Assembly (NCBI GenBank): GCA_934746515.1
Contig: CAKVFH010000003.1
Span: forward strand, 22,529 to 86,528
DNA length: 64,000 nucleotides
Reading direction: 5' to 3'
Source of the DNA: an uncultured Clostridia bacterium
GTDB lineage: Bacteria > Bacillota > Clostridia > Christensenellales > UBA1242
Of this stretch, positions 9,886-18,272 are shown piece after piece. The position numbers and the translations under genes were made by a program. Numbering within the stretch: position 1 is the first letter of the stretch; every line of letters starts with the position of its first letter. The notes beneath the pieces are model-generated. The model had not been told where the DNA came from. It did no database searches and saw only the letters and a program-made list of their open reading frames with translations.

Positions 9886-10083
9886 ATGAATATTTCAGTT
9901 TTATTTAAAATAGCGGCGGTTGGAATTTTGACGATAGTGATAAGTCAATTATTTCAACATCAAGGCAAAGGTGATCTTGCAACTCTTTCAAGTTTGGCTG
10001 GTCTTGTTATTGTTTTAGCAATGGTTTTATCTATGGTTAGTGAGCTATTTACATCAATAAAAACAATGTTTGAGCTTTACTAA
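9886..10083 (+). CDS. spoIIIAC: Stage III sporulation protein AC
   Basis: 65 aa, two TM helices, resembles B. subtilis SpoIIIAC (IFKIAAVGI...); start moved to ATG 9886. Confidence 0.85.
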   Translation: MNISVLFKIAAVGILTIVISQLFQHQGKGDLATLSSLAGLVIVLAMVLSMVSELFTSIKTMFELY

Positions 10084-10106
10084 AAAGCGCAAAATAGGTT
10101 AAAAAT

Positions 10107-10481
10107 ATGCTGAAAATAATAATTATTGCGTTAATTACGCTATTTTTATCTATAACAATAAAACAAAAATCACCAGAGTTTTCTGTTGTTATAAATGTTA
10201 CTGGTGGGCTTTTAATTTTATTTTTTTGTTTTGATTACTTGTCTGAAGTTTTATCTTTTTATTCAAGTTTGGGTTCATCTGTAAATATCGATAGCAATAT
10301 TATAAAAATTGCTTTTAAGATAATTTCTGTGGGGTTCCTTACAGAATTCGTGTCTGACTTGGCTGTTGATTTTGGGAATAGTTCCATTGCATCAAAAGTG
10401 GTGTTTGGGGGAAAGGTGGTGATATGTCTAATTACACTTCCAGTTGTAAAAGAATTGATTTCATTACTATTTTCTTTTTAA
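10107..10481 (+). CDS. spoIIIAD: Stage III sporulation protein AD
   Basis: 124 aa polytopic; C-terminal half resembles SpoIIIAD (ASKVVFGGKVVICLITLPVV). Confidence 0.85.
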   Translation: MLKIIIIALITLFLSITIKQKSPEFSVVINVTGGLLILFFCFDYLSEVLSFYSSLGSSVNIDSNIIKIAFKIISVGFLTEFVSDLAVDFGNSSIASKVVFGGKVVICLITLPVVKELISLLFSF

Positions 10482-11641
10482 GTCTAACAATAATTTTTTG
10501 TTTTTTTAAAGGCACATTTATTTTTAAACCTTTCAAAAATTTTAAAATTGCTTTTGCAGATAATGAAGAGCTAGAGAAAGAGCTTAATCAAAACATTGAT
10601 GATATTTTGTCGGATATTGATTTATCGGAACTAGATTCAGAATCATTTAATGTTCCGAATGTAAATTTATCGTTTAAAGATTTTGTTAAATCTGTTTTAG
10701 ATGGCTCTTATGATTTGAATTACAATTCTTTATTTTCTTACATAAAACAATTGTTTTTGGAAAATTTTAGAACTAATTTGCGTTTTTATATTTCACTCTT
10801 TATTATTGTAATTTTGTTTGAACTTTTTAAATCTTTTGCTTCACAAAAATTTGGTGATGTGAAGTCATCAATAAAAATTATTTTTTCTTTTTTGCTAGCA
10901 ACAACAATTTTGATTTTTATTAAAAATTCTTTCACTGAAATAAAGGAAGTTGTTGAAGGTCTGTTTTCATTTTCTAGTATAATTTTTCCAATCTTGATTG
11001 GACTGTTGAGTTTGTCTGGGGCGAATAAGTCGGCGAGTGTGTTTAGTTCATTTTCGGTTTTCTTGCTTGAGACGGGTTCGTTTTTAATAAACTATGTTTT
11101 GCTCCCGCTTGCGCTTTCAATTTTGCTTTTGTCACTTTTTGGTTCTGTTTTTTCAAAAGGCAAGTTTGCAAAGTTAATTGGTCTTTTTAAACAGATTTTT
11201 AAGTATGTGATAATTATCTTCTTTGCGGTCTTTGGTCTTTTGTCAACGGCTAGTTCGATTTTTTCTTCAACGCATGATGGTATAAATTTAAAACTAACAA
11301 AGTTTGCTCTCAAAAATTACATTCCTGTTTTGGGTGGCTATGTTTCGGATGGTTTTGATTTTTTGTTCAGTTGTTCTGTTCTAATTAAAAATGCAATTGG
11401 TCTTTGTTCGATTGTTATCATCATTTTTAAAATTTTGCTGCCTGTTCTTTTTATTGCTGGTGTGTCGCTTGCATTTAAACTTTTGTCTGTTGTCACAGGA
11501 CTTATTGGTGATGGCAGTTTTTGTGATATGTTTGATGATGTGTCAAAATCGTTTGGAAATTTCTTGACGATTATTCTTGGTTCATTTTTAATTGTGTTTA
11601 TTTTTGTGTTTTTGATAATTTTGTCTGTTGGGGTGGTTTGA
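10424..11641 (+). CDS. spoIIIAE: Stage III sporulation protein AE
   Basis: 405 aa polytopic membrane protein with an N-terminal acidic LSELD segment; AAGGTGGTG RBS; operon position. Confidence 0.85.
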   Translation: MSNYTSSCKRIDFITIFFLSLTIIFCFFKGTFIFKPFKNFKIAFADNEELEKELNQNIDDILSDIDLSELDSESFNVPNVNLSFKDFVKSVLDGSYDLNYNSLFSYIKQLFLENFRTNLRFYISLFIIVILFELFKSFASQKFGDVKSSIKIIFSFLLATTILIFIKNSFTEIKEVVEGLFSFSSIIFPILIGLLSLSGANKSASVFSSFSVFLLETGSFLINYVLLPLALSILLLSLFGSVFSKGKFAKLIGLFKQIFKYVIIIFFAVFGLLSTASSIFSSTHDGINLKLTKFALKNYIPVLGGYVSDGFDFLFSCSVLIKNAIGLCSIVIIIFKILLPVLFIAGVSLAFKLLSVVTGLIGDGSFCDMFDDVSKSFGNFLTIILGSFLIVFIFVFLIILSVGVV

Positions 11642-11642
11642 T

Positions 11643-11798
11643 GTGATTGAGTTGGTTGTTTTTATAATTTTTGTAAACATAATTTTCGAAACAATTCAGC
11701 TGCTGTGTCCTACTTCAAAACTTGCTGTTTTTGTTAGGTCATCGTTATCAATTTTGGTTATATTTTTGATATGCTTGAAAATTAAAAATTATTTATAG
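11643..11798 (+). CDS. spoIIIAF: Truncated SpoIIIAF-like membrane stub (51 aa, not in the ORF track)
   Basis: GTG start overlapping the AE stop; VIELVVFIIFVNIIFETIQLLCPTSKLAVFVRSSLSILVIFLICLKIKNYL resembles the two N-terminal TM helices of SpoIIIAF (LLPSSSMQKYAKMVVSLLLIV); sits exactly in the AE-AG gap. Confidence 0.5.
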   Translation: MIELVVFIIFVNIIFETIQLLCPTSKLAVFVRSSLSILVIFLICLKIKNYL

Positions 11799-11810
11799 GA
11801 AGGGTTGGCT

Positions 11811-12368
11811 ATGAAACTAAAAAATATTTTTGTTAATTTTAAAAACAAAATTTCATCTCTTTATTCTAAAAATAAAAAACTCTTTGTGTTCACCTGTGTC
11901 TTGATTGCGGTGGTTCTTTTATGTTTTTTTGCATTTCCAAAAACTAGCAGTCTCACAAAAACAAAAACCAAAACAGAGCAAAACACAAAAAGTTTAAATC
12001 AGACAACGGATTATTCAGAAAGGCTGGCAGACAAAATCGAAGAAATGCTTTTGGCGATTGATGAAGTGAAACAGGCAAATGTTTTGGTTGTTTGCGAATC
12101 GACTGAAATTTATGATTATTTGGAAAACCGAAAGGAGACAACATCTGGGGGTGAAGACAAGTCAACCACTTTGGAGGAAGATGTTGCTTATGAAAAAGAA
12201 GGCTCCAGTTCAACTCCAATTATCATCACAACAAAAATGCCGAAAGTTGTTGGAGTTTGGGTTATTATAAACACAGTTTCGGCTTCGACAAAATTAGCCA
12301 TAACAAATTCAATAAGTTCGGTTCTAAACATTGATGAAACGAGCATAAGTATATTGCAGGAGCGGTAA
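11811..12368 (+). CDS. spoIIIAG: Stage III sporulation protein AG
   Basis: N-terminal TM; C-terminal PKVVGVWVII...SSVLNIDETSISIL resembles the SpoIIIAG ring domain; operon position. Confidence 0.8.
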   Translation: MKLKNIFVNFKNKISSLYSKNKKLFVFTCVLIAVVLLCFFAFPKTSSLTKTKTKTEQNTKSLNQTTDYSERLADKIEEMLLAIDEVKQANVLVVCESTEIYDYLENRKETTSGGEDKSTTLEEDVAYEKEGSSSTPIIITTKMPKVVGVWVIINTVSASTKLAITNSISSVLNIDETSISILQER

Positions 12369-12369
12369 T

Positions 12370-12867
12370 ATGAAGATTTTATTTTTTAGGGAGGTAAACA
12401 AAGTGTTAACTAAAAAGAAAAAGATTTTTATCATTTGTGGTATGCTTGTATTGTTGGTGGTAACGGGTTGCTTAAATTTATTTTTGAAAGCGCCAAAGGA
12501 AGAATTGCAAACAACGAGTTCATCAGTGAGTTTGCTCACAAGCTATCGCGCAAGCAAGCTTGAAACAAGAAACTCAATGCTTGAAATGTATGACTCTATC
12601 ATTTCGACATCAAAAGATAGTCAACAAATTATGGAAACCAACGCAAAAATTTCTGACCTTGCAAGCCGCATGGAAACAGAAACAGTTTTGGAAGGTATGA
12701 TCATGGCATCTGGTTATGAAGATGTTGTTGTAACAAATGTTGACGATTCATACACAGTCATGGTTAAATCTAACGGACTTAATGCTGATGATGTTGCGAA
12801 AATTTTGAGCATTCTTGTTAAAGAAACTGGTGTTTCTGCAACCAATGTAAAAATTTCTTCAGTTTAA
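12370..12867 (+). CDS. spoIIIAH: Stage III sporulation protein AH
   Basis: N-terminal TM; C-terminal LEGMIMASGYEDVVV...VMVKS resembles SpoIIIAH; last gene of the operon. Confidence 0.75.
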   Translation: MKILFFREVNKVLTKKKKIFIICGMLVLLVVTGCLNLFLKAPKEELQTTSSSVSLLTSYRASKLETRNSMLEMYDSIISTSKDSQQIMETNAKISDLASRMETETVLEGMIMASGYEDVVVTNVDDSYTVMVKSNGLNADDVAKILSILVKETGVSATNVKISSV

Positions 12868-12975
12868 CTAAACACTGTTTCATACAGTAACTAAATAACC
12901 ACATGTTTAATGCTTAATAGATCAATAAAAATTTAGCGTTTCGCAATTGCGGAAATAATATGTAAATATGTAAAC

Positions 12976-13026
12976 AAAGAGATTGATTCGGTCGATAAAA
13001 TTCGATTAAAGGCAATCTCTTTTTCG
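12976..13026 (+). terminator. Terminator of the spoIIIA operon
   Basis: AAAGAGATTG / CAATCTCTTT 10-bp stem with a large loop, then a T run. Confidence 0.6.
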
Positions 13027-13290
13027 TTAGCAGTTTTAATGAATAGAAATTAACTTTGATTTGTATTAAAATTTTGTCGGTTTGTGGTTTAGATAATTAA
13101 CTATCCAAATTTAAATGGGTGTTATTAAAACCAAATAATTTTTAAGTTTAATGAATTCGTTTTTATTATTAAGGAAATTTGGATAAAAATTAGCGGGTGA
13201 GTTTGCTTAATAAAACGTTATTGCGCTTGCGTAAAACTAAATTTTTTCTGGTAAATCATAATGTATTTGGCAATTTCTTTTAAATAAAAA

Positions 13291-13319
13291 TTGATTTTAG
13301 ATTTTTTATGTGATATAAT
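13291..13319 (+). promoter_or_regulatory. sigma-A-type promoter of the asp23-nusB operon
   Basis: TTGATT, 17-nt spacer ending TGA, TATAAT. Confidence 0.55.
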
Positions 13320-13349
13320 CGTTTTATAAGTAATAGTGGGAGAGTATCT

Positions 13350-13745
13350 ATGGCTAAAAAAGTTAAAATTGTTGTTACTGACGAAGATTCATTCAAAGAT
13401 AATGTTACATATAAAAAGAATGTCGTTATAAGCATTGTTTCTCTTGCAACTCAAGAAATTAGTGGCATTGCTTCAATCAGCAGAAAATCAGTTTCTATTT
13501 TAAAAAGTGCATTCAGCAAAAATATCAATCGTGGAATTATTGTTGATTTTGATGATAATAACAATGTTAAAATTGATGTTTTTGTTAATGTTAAGTTTGG
13601 TTGTTCTGTTAAAGATGTTGCTTTTAGAGTTCAAGAAAATATCAAATCAAGTGTTGAATCTATGACTGAATATAAGGTTGAAGCAGTCAATGTTCATGTT
13701 GTTGGTGTAAACTTTTCTGAAATTGAAAGTGATTTTGTAAGTTAG
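13350..13745 (+). CDS. Asp23/Gls24 family (alkaline shock protein-like, YqhY-type)
   Basis: 131 aa; typical Asp23 layout (IASLATQEISGI..., VNVHVVGV); occupies the yqhY position upstream of nusB. Confidence 0.85.
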   Translation: MAKKVKIVVTDEDSFKDNVTYKKNVVISIVSLATQEISGIASISRKSVSILKSAFSKNINRGIIVDFDDNNNVKIDVFVNVKFGCSVKDVAFRVQENIKSSVESMTEYKVEAVNVHVVGVNFSEIESDFVS

Positions 13746-13753
13746 AGAGTGAA

Positions 13754-14719
13754 ATGGAAAATTTAACGAATGAGCAAATTGTAGATATTATAAATTTTTA
13801 TAAGTTGTGTGGAATTTCCGAAGATATGTATCTGTCACAAGATGGAGTGAAAGATTTGTTTTCGCTTTTAGGTATTGTGCCAGAGTATGATGAAGACGGA
13901 AATCGTTTGCCAACGGTTTATGAACAGCTATCAATTGCGCCAAAATTTCGCGACGGAAAGGAAGTTCCGATTGTTTTTTCAATAAAACATAAGGTTTCTA
14001 AAATAGGCAAATCACCAAAGATTGATAGTACAAGTTTCAAGTATGTTGGTGAAAAAGAATCTGTTAATGATAAAGCCATCTTAAACAGATTCAAACAAGA
14101 TTATTTTAGTGCTATTTCAAATGGAAATATGGTGGAAGCGACAAGACTTTATGACCTTATTGACATGATGACTGGCGGAAAAGCAGACTTTTTTATTGGC
14201 GTGCAATACAATTGCGTTAAATTTTACAAAAAGATGCAAAAGCAACTTTTGATTGATATGTTTGCAAACTTTGTTATTTTGATGATTTTATCAAAAAAAC
14301 AGATTATAAAAGAAGGACTTATAAAATTTGACAAACTATATAAATCGTTCGTTGAGCATGAGTTAAAGAATGGCAATTTCGGTTTGGTTGGCGGGAAAGA
14401 AACAAAAATTCCACAAATCAGTTCTATTTCTGTTTCGATTGACGATAATTATAATGTCAATAAAATAAGTGTTAAAGCCACCGCAAAACCTAAAAAAGAT
14501 AATGGCGAAGTGAAGCAGATAAACACTCAAAGTTTAAGTGAAAGTTTTGAGAAAAAATCTGAAGGTGGTTTTATAAATTTAATCAAATCAAAAGTTACAA
14601 GCAAAATAAATAAAATTAAAGATAGTCTTTCTGAAAAGCAAATAGTTGATGCCGAAAAGAAAGATGATATAAATTTAATCAAGTCTGAAAAGACACTAAA
14701 TATTTTAGAAAACGATTAG
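13754..14719 (+). CDS. Hypothetical protein (321 aa), no family recognised
   Basis: Long ORF with an RBS, tightly packed between asp23 and nusB; K/E/S-rich C-terminal third. Confidence 0.7.
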   Translation: MENLTNEQIVDIINFYKLCGISEDMYLSQDGVKDLFSLLGIVPEYDEDGNRLPTVYEQLSIAPKFRDGKEVPIVFSIKHKVSKIGKSPKIDSTSFKYVGEKESVNDKAILNRFKQDYFSAISNGNMVEATRLYDLIDMMTGGKADFFIGVQYNCVKFYKKMQKQLLIDMFANFVILMILSKKQIIKEGLIKFDKLYKSFVEHELKNGNFGLVGGKETKIPQISSISVSIDDNYNVNKISVKATAKPKKDNGEVKQINTQSLSESFEKKSEGGFINLIKSKVTSKINKIKDSLSEKQIVDAEKKDDINLIKSEKTLNILEND

Positions 14720-14728
14720 GAGATTATT

Positions 14729-15115
14729 ATGAGTAGACGCGATGCGCGCGATGTTGCATTCAAATTGATTTTTTCATACATTTTTGATAATGAAAAAAAT
14801 GTTGAAGCTTTGGAAGAATATACTGCTGAATGTGACGGCGATGACAAGGCTTATATAAATGAAGTTTATAATGGTGTGATTGCGCACTTCGATGAACTTA
14901 TGGATGATGTTAAAAACAACGCTGAAAAGTTTGATGTAAACAGAATTTTTAAAACTGATCTTGCTGCAATAGTGTTAGCGCTTTATGAAATTAAATATAT
15001 GTCAAGCATTCCATATAAAGTTAGTGTTGACGAAGCAATTTCGCTTGGACATAAATACTCAACTGAAAAAAGCGGAAAATATATTAACGGAATTTTGTCT
15101 AAATTTGCGAGGTAA
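14729..15115 (+). CDS. nusB: Transcription antitermination factor NusB
   Basis: 128 aa; SRRDARDVAFKLIF N-terminus; synteny. Confidence 0.9.
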   Translation: MSRRDARDVAFKLIFSYIFDNEKNVEALEEYTAECDGDDKAYINEVYNGVIAHFDELMDDVKNNAEKFDVNRIFKTDLAAIVLALYEIKYMSSIPYKVSVDEAISLGHKYSTEKSGKYINGILSKFAR

Positions 15116-15117
15116 AC

Positions 15118-16305
15118 ATGAAAACTTTAACCTTGTCAATTTTGCAATTTAACACTTTCGTTAAAAATATTTTGGACGCTGAAGAGTTTTTGTCAAACAT
15201 TTCTGTGTTTGGCGAAGTTACAAACTACAAGGTTTCTGGCGGCAATGCCTATTTTGATTTGAAAGACGAAAATGCAATGCTTTCTTGTGTCAAGTTTGGC
15301 GCTGGTGATCTTGACATTAAAAACGGCGATCTAATAACGGTTTTTGGCAAAGTTAATTTTTATGTTAAGTCTGGAAGACTTAATTTTATTGTAAGCAGAA
15401 CTCAAGCTTATGGTTTGGGCGATTTATATCAAAGATTTTTGGAACTGAAAAACCGTCTTGAAAAGGAAGGTTTTTTTGCCGAAGAAATCAAAAAACCTAT
15501 TCCGCAACACGCGAAGAGAATTGGTGTTGTAACCAGCGAGACTGGCGCTGTTATTCGTGATATTATAAATGTTACAAAGAAGAAAAATAAACACACAGAC
15601 ATTGTGGTTTATCCTTCAAAAGTTCAGGGTGTTGGTGCAGAAGATGAGCTTGTTTGTGGCATAAACTATTTTAACACAAGAGACGATGTTGATGTTATTA
15701 TTGTTGCGCGTGGCGGTGGTTCGCTTGAAGATTTAGCGCCTTTTAATACCGAAAAAATTGTTAAAGCAATTTATGCTTCAAATTTGCCAATTATTTCTGC
15801 TGTTGGGCATGAAACCGATTTCACTCTTTGTGATTTTGCATCAGACTTGAGAGTTCCAACTCCATCTGTTGCTGCTGAAGTTGCTGTTTTTGATGAAGGA
15901 AAAGAACTTGAAAATATTTTAGCAATAAACAGGCTCTTATATGCTGACATTATTTCAAAACTCAAAAATTTCAAAAACAATTTAAAAACTGATAATGAGC
16001 TAATTTCAAAAGGCATGATGATTAGAGTTTCCGACTCAAAAACAAAACTTTTTGGTAGTGTAAATCAGATAAAGTCACAGATAGATTTAAGATTTCAAAA
16101 TCAAACAAACAAACTTAACAACATGATAAGTGTTTTGACAAAACTGAACCCACTTGAAGTTTTGAAAAACGGATACGCTTTTGTCGAGAAAAACGACAAA
16201 AAAGTGTCGTCAGTGGCTTCACTTGATGTTGGTGATGAAATCAAAATTTCATTTTATGATGGAGAAATCAAAGCAAATGTAAGCAAAAAGGAGAGTAAAA
16301 AATGA
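15118..16305 (+). CDS. xseA: Exodeoxyribonuclease VII large subunit
   Basis: N-terminal OB fold, RGGGSLEDLAPFN motif. Confidence 0.93.
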   Translation: MKTLTLSILQFNTFVKNILDAEEFLSNISVFGEVTNYKVSGGNAYFDLKDENAMLSCVKFGAGDLDIKNGDLITVFGKVNFYVKSGRLNFIVSRTQAYGLGDLYQRFLELKNRLEKEGFFAEEIKKPIPQHAKRIGVVTSETGAVIRDIINVTKKKNKHTDIVVYPSKVQGVGAEDELVCGINYFNTRDDVDVIIVARGGGSLEDLAPFNTEKIVKAIYASNLPIISAVGHETDFTLCDFASDLRVPTPSVAAEVAVFDEGKELENILAINRLLYADIISKLKNFKNNLKTDNELISKGMMIRVSDSKTKLFGSVNQIKSQIDLRFQNQTNKLNNMISVLTKLNPLEVLKNGYAFVEKNDKKVSSVASLDVGDEIKISFYDGEIKANVSKKESKK

Positions 16306-16520
16306 CATTTGAAGAATCTTTTGCAAAACTTGAAAATATAAAAGCTTCACTTGAAGATCCAGAAACCAGTTTTGATGAAGCATTAAAGCTTTATGGCGAA
16401 AGTGTTCAGTGGACAAAAAACTGCTTGGATATTTTGAATGAATGTGAAGGAAAAATTACTGCGATCAAGTCTGAAATTGACGGGCTTGTTGAAAAACCAT
16501 TAGATGTAACAGAGGAATAA
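16302..16520 (+). CDS. xseB: Exodeoxyribonuclease VII small subunit
   Basis: 72 aa, FEESFAKLE...; 4-nt overlap with xseA. Confidence 0.9.
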   Translation: MTFEESFAKLENIKASLEDPETSFDEALKLYGESVQWTKNCLDILNECEGKITAIKSEIDGLVEKPLDVTEE

Positions 16521-16522
16521 AA

Positions 16523-18202
16523 ATGCTTCAAAGTTTGACAATAAAAAACATAGCATTGATTGATGATTTAACCATTGAACTTGGTGACGGATTCAATGTT
16601 TTGACAGGTGAAACTGGTGCCGGTAAATCTTTAATTATTGATTCACTGGCTCTTTTGCTTGGCGAAAAGGCTGACAAAAGTTTGATTTCGTATGGCACTG
16701 ATTTTGCAAGTGTTGAAGCAGTGTTTCAAACAGATTCTGAAGAAGTTTTATCGAAACTTGAAGAACTTGGTCTTGAAAGAGAAAATACAATCATAATTTT
16801 CAGAAAGCTGACGCTTGACGGAAAAAATGAATGCAGAGTAAATGGCAAATCTTTCACACTTTCAATGCTAAAAATGATAACCTCACCTCTCATGGATTTA
16901 CATGGACAATTTCAGCATCAGGAACTTTTGAAAGAATCTTCACAATTAAAAACTCTTGATGCTTTCGGTTCAAAAGAGATAGCAAAAATTAAGTTCGAAT
17001 TTAGAGATTTGTTCTATAAACTTAAACAAGTAAAAAAACAACTTGCAAGCTATAACTTTGATAGCAAAGACAGAGAAAAACTTTTGGATATGTATGCTTA
17101 TCAAATAAATGAAATTGAAGAAGCACACTTTGTTCCGGGTGAAGAAGAAGAGCTTAAAGAGTTTAGAGTCAAGGTTCTCAATCAAGAAAAAATTATAGAT
17201 TCACTAAAGTGTGCAGGATCTTATTTTGGCGATAGTGGAATTTCTTATCAAGTGAAAAGGCTTGAGCGTGAGTTTGAAAATGTTGTAAAGTATCTTCCAG
17301 AAAAGCAAGAGCTTATGGATAGGATTTCTTCAGTTAAATATGAAATTGAAGATATTGGCGAAGAAATTGAAAGCGCTGGCGAATCGCTTTATTTTGATGA
17401 ATATTCTGCGGCAGAAAACGAAAAAAGACTTGATTTGTTATCGTCACTCAAAAAGAAATACGGGTCAAATATAGACGAGATTAACGCATATCTTGAAAAC
17501 ATAAAAACCGAATATGAAAAGCTTGTAAATTCTGCAGAGATTGTTGAAAAACTTGAAAAAGAACGCGAAAACCTGATTGAATGTTTGAAACTTAAAGCGC
17601 AAGAACTTTCTGCTGTCAGAAAAAAATATGCTTTAGATTTCACGCAGAAAGTCAAAGAAAATCTTGCAGAACTTTCAATGCGCAGTGCAAAATTTGAAAT
17701 TGAGTTTAATGAAGCAGATGAAAACACTTGTGATGAAACAGGTTTTGATAAAATTGAATTTATGTTTACAGCAAACTCTGGTCAACCACTCAAACCACTT
17801 AACAAAGTTGCCAGTGGTGGTGAAATGAGCCGATTTATGCTTGCTGTTAAAAATGTTACAGCAGATATTGTTTCTGTTGACACAATGATTTTTGACGAAA
17901 TTGACACCGGTATCAGCGGAGACACAGCCAATGCACTTGCAGTGAAACTTGCCACAATTGGCAGAAAACATCAAGTTATTTGTGTAACTCATCTGGCGCA
18001 GGTTGCAAGTTTTGGTTCAACACATTTCTTTATTTCTAAATTTGAAGAAAATGGAAAGACAAAAACAAAACTTGAACTTTTGAACAGCGATAGGAGAGTT
18101 CAGGAAATTGCAAGACTTATCGGCGGAAATATTTCAGACTTTTCATTGAATCACGCAAAGCTTATGCTTGAAGCCGGCAATAAATTTAATCAAAATTCTT
18201 AA
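16523..18202 (+). CDS. recN: DNA repair protein RecN
   Basis: Walker A GETGAGKS, coiled-coil middle, SGGE signature, C-terminal Walker B. Confidence 0.95.
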   Translation: MLQSLTIKNIALIDDLTIELGDGFNVLTGETGAGKSLIIDSLALLLGEKADKSLISYGTDFASVEAVFQTDSEEVLSKLEELGLERENTIIIFRKLTLDGKNECRVNGKSFTLSMLKMITSPLMDLHGQFQHQELLKESSQLKTLDAFGSKEIAKIKFEFRDLFYKLKQVKKQLASYNFDSKDREKLLDMYAYQINEIEEAHFVPGEEEELKEFRVKVLNQEKIIDSLKCAGSYFGDSGISYQVKRLEREFENVVKYLPEKQELMDRISSVKYEIEDIGEEIESAGESLYFDEYSAAENEKRLDLLSSLKKKYGSNIDEINAYLENIKTEYEKLVNSAEIVEKLEKERENLIECLKLKAQELSAVRKKYALDFTQKVKENLAELSMRSAKFEIEFNEADENTCDETGFDKIEFMFTANSGQPLKPLNKVASGGEMSRFMLAVKNVTADIVSVDTMIFDEIDTGISGDTANALAVKLATIGRKHQVICVTHLAQVASFGSTHFFISKFEENGKTKTKLELLNSDRRVQEIARLIGGNISDFSLNHAKLMLEAGNKFNQNS

Positions 18203-18243
18203 TATAAATTAAATATATATTACATAAATTTTGAAATAAAAAG

Positions 18244-18272
18244 AAAACTACTTAATATGAGTAGTTTTTTTT
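18244..18272 (+). terminator. Rho-independent terminator after recN
   Basis: AAAACTACT / AGTAGTTTT 9-bp stem, 7-nt loop, T run. Confidence 0.7.

Noticed and set aside
13071-13086. 16-nt motif ATTTTGTCGGTTTGTG, shared with one mismatch with 30418-30433 (ATTTTATCGGTTTGTG) in the other long intergenic region
   Set aside because: My rough estimate is that dozens of 15/16 matches are expected by chance in a 64-kb AT-rich window. The similarity does not extend into the flanks, so I do not call it a repeat element.
18211-18230. AT-rich AAATATATATTACATAAATT resembling the centre of the Firmicutes dif site
   Set aside because: Only the AT-rich core matches. The flanking XerC/XerD arm sequences (as I recall for B. 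subtilis dif) are absent.
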